Shown piece after piece: positions 38,110 to 47,361 of a DNA stretch of 64,000 nucleotides. The notes beneath the pieces are model-generated. The model was not told the origin of the DNA and made no database searches. It saw nothing but the letters and a program-made list of their open reading frames with translations. The stretch lies in assembly GCA_950097015.1 (NCBI GenBank), contig CATNEN010000001.1, forward strand, positions 15,562,001-15,626,000, given 5' to 3'. Position numbers and translations under genes: made by a program. Source of the DNA: Macrostomum hystrix. Its lineage: Eukaryota; Animalia; Platyhelminthes. The first letter of the stretch is position 1. Each line of letters begins with the position of its first letter.

Positions 38110-41100
38110 GTTATTATTGTTATTATTGTTGTTATTATTGTTATTAGTTTTACTGCTCCACTCTCTCTAATTGCAGGGCCGCTGCCACAACTCTAAACGC
38201 ATCAATGGGAGGCGGCCTGAGTGGGATTATTCTCACGTAAGCATTTTCCCCAATGACTCCATTGAATTCCTCGCACGCCAAGCTGGTGTTCAGAGCTCTG
38301 AAATGAAAACAAAATAAATATTAAAGTTCCTTTCGGCAATGTGTTTGAAACGGGTCATTGCGTCTGCAATATCTGTAGTGCGCATAGTATTTCCCAGTTA
38401 TCATAATGGCCTACTCACCATATCAGAATTTTGAGCACAGCTAGATAGAGCAGGTAGGGGCTAATAAATCATTTTTTCCTGGCCAGTTTCCACTAAGATT
38501 GTTTAATAATTTAGAAGGCAGATGCTATCCATATCACTAGATTGTAGGAAAATACTGTTTTAAGAGCAGTCAAACAAAAATACGAGCTAGTTCAGAAAAC
38601 TATTCCCAGGTATTATTCTGGTACTTCTCAAACAAGAACAAACCTTCGTCTGCAGGTACATAATTAACAAGAGAAAATTTGAGGTGTGCGACATTGTTAA
38701 TTCCATACTGGGAGCTCTGGTGGCAGTCACGGGTGAGTTCAACACTTGACTTGCTATTGTTTGCTGACTGTTTTGTAATGTCTGCATCTTAGAAAGGTCA
38801 CAATCTATATTTTAGGCAAAGCACTATTCTACCTAGATTAATGTTAGACAGGACACTAATCTACCTGTTAGGCAGAGCGCTAATCTACCTGTTAGATAGG
38901 GCGCTAATCTACCTGTTAGATAGGGCGCTAATCTACCTGTTAGACAGAGCGCTAATCTACCTGTTAGATAGGGCGCTAATCTACCTGTTAGACAGGACAG
39001 TAATCTACCTGTTAGACAGGACAGTAATCTACCTGTTAGACAGGACACTAATCTACCTGTTAGACTGGATAAAATATACCTTTTAGGTAGTACTCTACTT
39101 TCCCTGTTAGACAGGGTCCCACCAGCAGTTAGACGTCTGTGTTCGTCTCACCCTTGCAGCCGGCTGTTCCGTCGTTCGCGCCTGGGAGGCTGTTCTGATA
39201 GGAATCATCGGAGGCATTATTGTCATCCCAGCCGCTTCATTGATGGACAAACTCCACCTGGACGATCCAGTAGGAGCTGTGGCAGTGCACGGATTCTGCG
39301 GCCTTTGGGTGAGCAGCTTGTCTTGAGAAGGATTATGGCTAAGCACCTGCATTATAGCTTATGGCTAAGCAACTAGAGTTATTTATCTATCTAGCATCTC
39401 TAACATCTGTCTAACAGCTCTAGCATCTGTCTAACAGCTCTAGCATCTGTCTAACAGCTCTAGCATCTGTCTAACAGCTCTAGCATCTGTCTAACAGCTC
39501 TAGCATCTGTCTAACAGCTCTAGCATCTGTCTAACAGCTCTAGCATCTGTCTAGCATCTCTAACATCTGTCTAACAGCTCTAGCATCTGTCTAACAGCTC
39601 TAGCATCTGTCTAACAGCTCTAGCATCTGTCTAACAGCTCTAGCATCTGTCTAGCATCTCTAACATCTGTCTAACAGCTCTAGCATCTGTCTAACAGCTC
39701 TAGCATCTGTCTAACAGCTCTAGCATCTGTCTAGCAGCTCTAGCATCTGTCTAACAGCTCTAGCATCTGTCTAACAGCTCTAGCATCTGTCTAACAGCTC
39801 TAGCATCTGTCTAACAGCTCTAGCATCTGTCTAACAGCTCTAGCAACTGTCTAACAGCTCTAGCATCTGTCTAACAGCTCTAGCATCTGTCTAACAGTTC
39901 TAGCATCTGTCTAACAGCTCTAGCATCTGTCTAACAGCTCTAGCATCTGTCTAACAGCTCTAGCATCTGTCTAACAGCTCTAGCATCTGTCTAACAGCTC
40001 TAGCATCTGTCTAACAGCTCTAGCATCTGTCTAACAGCTCTAGCATCTGTCTAACAGCTCTAGCATCTGTCTAACAGCTCTAGCATCTGTCTAACAGTTC
40101 TAGCATCTGTCTAACAGCTCTAACATCTGTCTAACAGCTCTAGCATCTGTCTAACAGCTCTAGCATCTGTCTAACAGCTCTAGCATCTGTCTAACAGCTC
40201 TAACATCTGTCTAACAGCTCTAGCATCTGTCTAACAGCTCTAGCATCTGTCTAACAGCTCTAGCATCTGTCTAACAGCTCTAGCATCTGTCTAACAGCTC
40301 TAGCATCTGTCTAACAGCTCTAGCATCTGTCTAGCATCTCTAACATCTGTCTAACAGCTCTAGCATCTGTCTAGCAGCTCTAGCATCTGTCTAACAGTTC
40401 TAGCATCTGTCTAACAGCTCTAGCATCTGTCTAGCAGCTCTAGCAACTGTCTAACAGCTCTAGCATCTGTCTAACAGTTCTAGCATCTGTCTAGCAGCTC
40501 TAGCATCTGTCTAACAGTTCTAGCATCTGTCTAACAGCTCTAGCATCTGTCTAACAGCTCTAGCATCTGTCTAGCAGCTCTAGCATCTGTCTAACAGTTC
40601 TAGCATCTGTCTAACAGCTCTAGCATCTGTCTAGCAGCTCTAGCATCTGTCTAGCAGCTCTAGCAACTGTCTAACAGCTCTAGCAACTGTCTAACAGCTC
40701 TAGCAACTGTCTAACAGCTCTAGCAACTGTCTAACAGCTCTAGCAACTGTCTAACAGCTCTAGCAACTGTCTAACAGCTCTAGCAACTGTCTAACAGCTC
40801 TAGCAACTGTCTAACAGTTCTAGCATCTGTCTAACAGCTCTAGCATCTGTCTAGCAGCTCTAGCATCTGTCTAGCAGCTCTAGCAACTGTCTAACAGCTC
40901 TAGCAACTGTCTAACAGCTCTAGCATCTGTCTAGCAGCTCTAGCATCTGTCTAACAGCTCTAGCATCTGTCTAACAGCTCTAGCATCTGTCTAGCAGCTC
41001 TAGCATCTGTCTAACAGTTCTAGCATCTGTCTAACAGCTCTAGCATCTGTCTAGCAGCTCTAGCATCTGTCTAGCAGCTCTAGCAACTGTCTAACAGCTC

Positions 41101-42911
41101 TAGCAACTGTCTAACAGCTCTAGCAACTGTCTAACAGCTCTAGCAACTGTCTAACAGCTCTAGCAACTGTCTAACAGCTCTAGCAACTGTCTAACAGTTC
41201 TAGCATCTGTCTAACAGCTCTAGCATCTGTCTAGCAGCTCTAGCATCTGTCTAGCAGCTCTAGCAACTGTCTAACAGCTCTAGCAACTGTCTAACAGCTC
41301 TATCAACATCCATCAACAGGGCATGCTGGCTTGTGGTTTCTTTGTCGACGAAGATCCGCTGCAGAACATGAACAATGGCCAGCGGGGCCTGCTTCACGGT
41401 GGCGGATTCTACCTGCTGGGGGTTCAGCTGCTGGCGTGCGTCTGCCTGGCCGCGTGGAGCGCGGCGATCACACTCATCACCCTTGGCGTGAGTGTCAATT
41501 GATTACACCTGCCCCGATTTGGCCAGATTTGCAGCCGACAGCACAGCTACAGCTATTGCGCGGCGCATCTGAAAGCTGCGTACGGCTGTCCAGTCCATGG
41601 ACTGGTGGGACGCCAAACTTACGAGTATTTAGGTGTCTTTCTAAATGACACAAATGTTCCAATGGAGTCGGGAATCGAACCCCCGACCTTTAAGTCGTCA
41701 GTCCGACGCCCTAACCACAATAAATAGCACACAAAGTTATTGAATATTCTGCCTAGCAGGTAAAACCTTGTCAAACAGTGACGCAACGCTGGTAAACTGT
41801 TGGTAATCGTCTAGGAATTGATTCGACCGTCTTACTGTTAGTCAAGTCTTGCTTTTACTAGAGTAAGTAGCAAGACACCGTACTCTAAGGTAACAGACGG
41901 TAAGAGACGGTAAGATACATTTTTACTAGTTACACCTGTCTAATAGTTGAAATCCTAACTAACGGTAGGCAACGTGTCTTGTATTACTATTACTATTCAC
42001 AACTGAATATTTTTCATTCCATCAATGAGCTGAAAAAAAACTGTAGTTCGCTATGAAGTGTGCGAATCGGCGAAATTTAGTGATCAGGAAAAAGGGGAAA
42101 CAAACTAGCAAAAAATGATCATAATTTATCTAAATGAAAGCCTTGAGTGCCGTGAAAATAAAATCAAGGTACGCCTCGAAAAAAGGTTTGTTCATGCGCA
42201 GAAAACTACAAGCATGTCGAACTGCGAGTGAAATTCAATCACAAAGAAAGGCTCAAAGTGGGCACCTGGCCTCGTTCACAGCAATTCAAAGCATGCGGCA
42301 TTCTTAACATCCACCTCAAGGCACTGAAGCTAACGATCGGCATCCGACTGACTCCGGAGGAGGAGTTGCTCGGCTCGGACTTTGTCGAGCACAACATCCC
42401 CAACGAGAACCGCGTGGCATCCGAGCTGGCCCCGGAGCTGCTGCTCAATTCGCACCAGCAGCAGCGCCGTTTCTCGGCTCTCGTTCTCAAATCTTTGAAA
42501 CAACTCAGCAATTCTGGAGCAGCTGTCGAGAGCGGCGGTGTCGCCGGGAGCAGCGATGGTGACAGCGGGGTGGACCCCGGAATCGGAGGCGTCGCTGCTC
42601 TGCCAGCCACGGTCAGCGGCACCGGCTTCTTCGGGGCTCGAATCGATCGGCGAAGAAGCACCATAGCCAGCATTGCTGCAATGGCCAGCATCGCAGCTGC
42701 CACAGCTGCAGCCGCAAGCGGCGGCGGCGACGGCAGTCAGCATCGAACGTCGAGTCGCGAGAACTGGGTCGACGCCGACTTGACGATTGTGGAGGAGGAC
42801 ACCGCCTCGCCTGTGAACGGCGGAGTCTACACGAATCCGACGTTTGAAGGCGACTCGTTGGCGAACTCCGTAGTCAGCGTGCGGCTTTCCCGCTTGCAGA
42901 CTTCGCTATAG
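33059..42911 (+). CDS. amt: Ammonium transporter (Amt/MEP family, invertebrate Amt type), multi-exon
   Basis: Exons: 33059-33203 (1a; DDATWILTSSFVIFTMQSG), 35151-35385 (FGLLEAG..KNEVNIMVKNVVD), 36387-36704 (SFATTATTIVSGAMAER..PAHWMW..DIAGSGTVH), 37612-37683 (WGWLAFNCGS), 38177-38236, 38656-38732, 39160-39308 (LDDPVGAVAVHG), 41320-41487, 42321-42911 (stop). All phases are consistent. The twin-His and Phe-gate residues of Amt proteins are present. Confidence 0.95.
33754..33868 (+). CDS. amt: Alternative first coding exon (1b) of the Amt gene
   Basis: ATG at 33754 encodes MSLTTTPVSSTSATAATDLHDDAVWILACAFIIFTMQT. It ends at a phase-1 donor G|GTGAGC, the same phase as exon 1a and compatible with exon 2. 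TM1 is paralogous to that of exon 1a. Confidence 0.85.
35363..35826 (+). repeat. 66-bp tandem repeat (7 copies) spanning the Amt exon 2/intron 2 junction
   Basis: Unit GCCACGTTCGTGTTCCAGCTCAG|GTTAGCACCACTCCATGCTGAGAAAGTCTCTAAAGTTCACTAA starts at 35363, 35429, 35495, 35561, 35627, 35693 and 35759. Confidence 0.97.
36819..37185 (+). mobile_element. tRNA-derived SINE, family A (near full-length copy)
   Basis: Pol III A/B-box head (tgccagagcgg..gctcgattcc), body ..gtgtgcgtgtgtgctcaggagtcagcg..gtcaccaaat and AT-rich tail. Partial copies at about 3145-3340(-), 22380-22620, 26590-26770, 29560-29680 and 37800-37945. Confidence 0.8.
37945..38147. repeat. (ATT/GTT)n microsatellite expanded from a SINE-A tail
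   Basis: Directly follows the 3' end of the SINE-A copy at 37800-37945. Confidence 0.95.
38833..39065. repeat. 24-bp tandem repeat CTAATCTACCTGTTAGAYAGGRCR
   Basis: About 9 copies in Amt intron 6. Confidence 0.95.
39391..41302. repeat. 20-bp minisatellite TAGCATCTGTCTAACAGCTC, about 95 copies
   Basis: Fills Amt intron 7 and ends about 17 nt before the acceptor. Confidence 0.98.
41497..41718 (-). mobile_element. tRNA-derived SINE, family B (internally deleted copy)
   Basis: Reverse complement of the head and tail of 27692-27995 (caattgattacacctgcccc..cagtccatggactgg..ggagtcgggaatcgaaccc..). Confidence 0.8.
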
Positions 42912-44037
42912 ATTGCAACTGACAAGCCAGGGACTTGTTTAACAGTAGAAAGCCAGCTCCATTTTCCCCTGGGAGAAGACCATGGGGTATTAGAGCCGGT
43001 CGAGATTAGCTGATCGCAGAATTTGATACTCTTGAATCCCGAGTAGGGTCCTAGACTCATGAGCTATCTCAAGTTTTATTCAATAATGCGAATTTTCTCT
43101 CTGCTTAAGACATTGTGGATAAATGTGATCGATTCTCTCCCGGATATTTACGCACTAATTTTCCGGCTCCTTCTCTTCTACCTGTGATTTACAAATTTAA
43201 AAGGTAAAAGGGAAGGACACAAAATTTCTGTAGGTGTCGTCTCTAGCTAGTATTTTACGCATAGTGCAAAGATTTTATTATTATTTCTGCCCAAATCCGA
43301 TGTTAAACTGCCTGTTGAATTGCTAAAAATCCGCATAAAGTTACAACAAAAACAACAAAAACACTCACCAGTAAGAAATAAAAAAATATAAATTGAAAGT
43401 ATTTTTTCAATATAATTTTGTCATTATAAAATTATTTACTTCTGTAGCATCGAACGCGTCGCATTTGTGTGAGCCTCAAAGACTTAACTCAAAGTTTTAA
43501 CGTGAAACATTCGATTTGTTTCGAAAAAATGTTTATAAAAAACTGCAATGACAGTTCAGTTATATCATTATATTAGTCATATTTAATTATCAAATGAGTC
43601 TAGCATACAGGAATAAAATAATAACTTTTAATACCTCGTAGTGTGTAAGATAATTAAGTTAGGACTAAAAAAATTCTAATAGAAAGCTTATAGTAACGGG
43701 TCATGTGGTACAGCTAAAATGAGACGTTGAATTAAAAAAATAAATGACATAACAAATTTTATCTGACAAAGTGAGGTCACAGTTAAAGCAAAGTACGATT
43801 GTAGAGAAAATTTCAAAGAAAGTTCTAAAATACGACCATTATTTAAGGATAAGTATTAGAGATTTATACCAATTGCGCCCACGTTGCAGGCATAATATCG
43901 TAAGTATAATTTTGCTATTTTTTATTTTTAGATATCAATAAAGCTTACGACTGTAATTTTGAGCAAGAAATGAAAACCTTTAAATTAAAAGTCTGATATT
44001 TGTTAATGCGAGTACAATCATTGTCACCGCCAGCTGC

Positions 44038-47000
44038 TCAGTCCTGCCTTCGCGGTGAGTCTCCCAGCCTGGCCCGAATGTTGCTCAGGCGGCCCTGCAT
44101 TCGCTTCACTTTGCGCAGCATCTGCGGCATCAACCGCTCCGGATCTCCGAGTTCAGCTTCGCCGACCAGCTTCGCCCGTTGGCCGCGCATAGCGAAGGCC
44201 TGCAGCGTCAGGAAGTAGATAACGCGGTGCTTGCTGAAAGTCCGCCTGCGGAGGACTATTTCAGTGTGGCGCAGTGTCTCCCAGGCCGTCACCAGCCAGC
44301 GGGCGACCTCACCGAGGATACTCAGCGGAGGCGGCAGGGGTGAGCGGACCATGAACTCTTCGAGCAGATCGTATCTTTCAAACTGCCACATGGCCATTGA
44401 CTTCTTGTCGATTTCATCCACCGTCTTTGAGAATGACGCGACGATAAGGTTCAACAGCAACGTCGACACTATTATGATGTAGATGCACATCACAACGTTG
44501 GGCACAAGAATCTGACCGAGCGGGTGGGGACACTTCTTGCTGTCCGAGCAGTCCTTGCCAGACACCAAGTCAGAGCTATATTCGCCGACCATTGCGTAGA
44601 AGGTGATTTTGAACATGCTTTGAAATATGTCGGCGCCTGAGGTTTGCGTCGGATTGCCCATGTAGTAACCGTTTGGAAAGAGCAGGGAATGAATGACGAT
44701 GCCAAAGCCGAACATCATGATGGCCAGCATGATGAGGAACGGCACGAAGTCGCGAGTTATCATGACGGAGATCATCTTGAGCTTGGGTCCCAGCGTTTCC
44801 ATCACCGTCGACACGTAGAGCAGACGCATCCAGTAAACTAAGCAGGCCATCTGAAGGATGAACCGGGTCCACCAATAGTACATGTCCGTGAATACATACG
44901 TGTAGCTGTCAGTAGCGGTGTTTTTGAGCATCGGCATTCGCATACAAAATCCGACAAAGCTTAGCGTCAGGCCCAGCGTGTCCAGAATGTTCCAACCATC
45001 CGTGATGTGGTTCAGAACCGATCCGTTAATCCTGGCGTGGTTTATCTCGTGCAGCTCTTCCAAGAAGAAGCCGAGAAGGAACAAGTATACTATTATCTCA
45101 GCAACAGAAATCTGGTACTCGAACTTTGCTACCACAATGTAGGAGAAAAAGCTGATGAATATAATGTGAGCCAAGATGTGGTAGTGAAACTTAACGGCAG
45201 GAGTAAAGTAGAAGCCGAACATGGTCCGCACGTACAGGCCGAGAGCATTTAGGAGCAGATTTCCTCTGACTGGTTTCCCAGCTTCGTGCAGAATCGTCTC
45301 TTGCCAAACTGCGCCGTCCTGGTCAGGCCGAGCTGGTGCTTTGCTATTCAGCTTGCCAGGTCTGCTGCGTCGGGAGGTGTTCCCCTCCTGCTCATCCTCG
45401 GTCTTTTCCTCGGTTTCATTGCCGCTGTCCTCCGGATCGTCAACCTCGTCCTCTGCTCTTGGAACCGCCACAGCCTCAATGCGGTCGGTGTTTCCCGTCT
45501 CTCCAGGCGGGCTGCCCTCCAGATGGCAGGTGGCAATCCACAGCTTGCGCAACAGGATGAAAAGCAGCGGGTTGAATGGCAGCAGGCCGAGAAGAATGAG
45601 GAACTCCCGATACAGAGATCCGGTGTGGTACAGACGCTTGAACCACTCGCGATCCACGCTGCCCTGCACAGCCTGCATGACCATGAAGGAGTCGCTCTGG
45701 CCGTGACTGGCAAGGCCCATGCAGGTGAGCTCGCCATACACTGGCAAACGCTGGCGGATGAAATTAATGGCAACCATCTTCTTTTCGCTGGTATCGATGG
45801 TATTTACGGAGCGCACCAGAGACATGCAGATGCTTTCCACTCTGTCAGCCACCTGCTCCATGGTCTTCTTAGTTGGTCGAGGAATGCCTGAGATGACTTG
45901 CAGCTTACGCAGCAGTGCCACGCAGAACAGCCCATTGGGTAGAATGTCAAACTGCTCGCTTTTTAGCAGCTCCTCAGTTAGGTGGAACCTCCCTGACATC
46001 ACCGACCAGACGCTGAGGGTTCGCGTTGGATCGCGCAGGAACTTTCTGTCCTTGTCCTCAATTGGTTCGATAACGGGCAATTTGAGTCGATTGTGAAAAA
46101 ATTTGAGCATGAGGTCAGGTCGCCAGGTGCCACGCTCTTTGTCGATGAATGTCCTGTGCATGAGGGCCACCATTCCGGTCGAGCCGATTTCAGAGCAGCT
46201 CTCGTACATGACCTCAATGTTATCCTCCAAGTACTTTTGGATCTTCGGCCAGAGAGTAGATGCGAACATGATGGTCGCTAGCAGCTCCACGTCTTCCCTG
46301 AAAAGCACTAGCCTGCGCACCATCTGGGCGAATGTTTCCACGCAGTCTGCATCGAGGAGCATCTGCGAAAGATGATTTGTTGCAATCAGTTGCACGACGC
46401 GCCGGAATTCGATGAAGTCGATGCGCGTATCCGCAGCGATGCGATCTACAATTTGCTGCTTCTGTTCTTCGGAGAGCTTCTCAACCTTGAGTTGGCCTGT
46501 GAAGAGGACTGGGCTCTCAACAGGATTTTCCATGTCATCGTCGATTGCGTCCAGCACCTGCAGCACACGATTAAAGTGCTCACAATCGACCAATGAGTTG
46601 ATATTTTCGCAGTCGTCAGGGACCATAGTCGCGAAATAGTCGGCAAGGCCTGCCAAAGTGTTTTGGTTGCCCATCCGCAGGACAATGTCCATCGGCGTGT
46701 GCCGGTCGTCGTCATAATTGCGCACACTGGCTCCGCGCTCCATTAGCAGCGTCATCAGCGGCAGTGACTGCGCCAGCGCTGCATAGTGCAGCGCAGTTCG
46801 GTTGCTTGCACCGCGTGCGTCGACATCGGTGGTGCCCTCTATCAAGAGTCGCGCAACATCCTCCTGACCGTCCTGGCAGGCCTGGTGCAGCGGCAAGTTG
46901 CCAGCCTCGTCTGGCAGGTTGCAATTCGCTCCGGTAGTCATCAGCATCTGGATTAGACGCGGCTCTTCAACCAAACAGGCCACGTGAAGGGGCAGCTGGA

Positions 47001-47361
47001 TGTCCTCATCGGGCTCGTTCGGATCGAAGCCAATAGAGAGCAGATACTCAGTAGCAGCGATCGCCTTTGCTCGAATGGCTGTGTGCAGGCAGTTCTTCCT
47101 GGTGCTATCCCGATGGCCCATATGCTTCAGACTGTTCCCAGCCAGGCTATACAGCAGCTGCAACACATCCGGGCGATCCTCACGACTAGCCAGAATGCAC
47201 ATCGGCGTGCCGCGCATCAACGTAGCCGCGCCAGTGATGTACTCCGGACTGCGCTCTAAGAGGCTGGACAGCTGCTCTAGCTCAGCATTGTAGTAGGCCT
47301 CCAGTACAATGTCGCCAGTTGTTCGGCTCAGAGTCCGGGGTCTTTCGCGCCAGGCATCCAT
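44038..47361 (-). CDS. TRP cation channel, TRPM-like core with about 6 N-terminal ankyrin repeats; single coding exon, 1107 aa
   Basis: Ankyrin repeats (NCLHTAI, LPLHVAC, LPLHQAC, TALHYAA, TPMDIV). TRPM MHR4-like segments (TLSVWSVMSGRFHL; TCMGLA..SF..QAVQ..VDREW). Pre-S1 FYFTPAVKF, S2-S3 EELHE/DGWNILD, LGPKLKMI, pore MVGEY plus Cys pair, S6 LNLIVASF, TRP box WQFERY, PLPPPL. Confidence 0.92.
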   Translation of the reverse strand: MDAWRERPRTLSRTTGDIVLEAYYNAELEQLSSLLERSPEYITGAATLMRGTPMCILASREDRPDVLQLLYSLAGNSLKHMGHRDSTRKNCLHTAIRAKAIAATEYLLSIGFDPNEPDEDIQLPLHVACLVEEPRLIQMLMTTGANCNLPDEAGNLPLHQACQDGQEDVARLLIEGTTDVDARGASNRTALHYAALAQSLPLMTLLMERGASVRNYDDDRHTPMDIVLRMGNQNTLAGLADYFATMVPDDCENINSLVDCEHFNRVLQVLDAIDDDMENPVESPVLFTGQLKVEKLSEEQKQQIVDRIAADTRIDFIEFRRVVQLIATNHLSQMLLDADCVETFAQMVRRLVLFREDVELLATIMFASTLWPKIQKYLEDNIEVMYESCSEIGSTGMVALMHRTFIDKERGTWRPDLMLKFFHNRLKLPVIEPIEDKDRKFLRDPTRTLSVWSVMSGRFHLTEELLKSEQFDILPNGLFCVALLRKLQVISGIPRPTKKTMEQVADRVESICMSLVRSVNTIDTSEKKMVAINFIRQRLPVYGELTCMGLASHGQSDSFMVMQAVQGSVDREWFKRLYHTGSLYREFLILLGLLPFNPLLFILLRKLWIATCHLEGSPPGETGNTDRIEAVAVPRAEDEVDDPEDSGNETEEKTEDEQEGNTSRRSRPGKLNSKAPARPDQDGAVWQETILHEAGKPVRGNLLLNALGLYVRTMFGFYFTPAVKFHYHILAHIIFISFFSYIVVAKFEYQISVAEIIVYLFLLGFFLEELHEINHARINGSVLNHITDGWNILDTLGLTLSFVGFCMRMPMLKNTATDSYTYVFTDMYYWWTRFILQMACLVYWMRLLYVSTVMETLGPKLKMISVMITRDFVPFLIMLAIMMFGFGIVIHSLLFPNGYYMGNPTQTSGADIFQSMFKITFYAMVGEYSSDLVSGKDCSDSKKCPHPLGQILVPNVVMCIYIIIVSTLLLNLIVASFSKTVDEIDKKSMAMWQFERYDLLEEFMVRSPLPPPLSILGEVARWLVTAWETLRHTEIVLRRRTFSKHRVIYFLTLQAFAMRGQRAKLVGEAELGDPERLMPQMLRKVKRMQGRLSNIRARLGDSPRRQD

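Noticed and set aside
44000-47293. Many plus-strand ORFs overlapping the TRP gene
   Set aside because: Antisense shadows of a GC3-rich coding sequence with no domain features.
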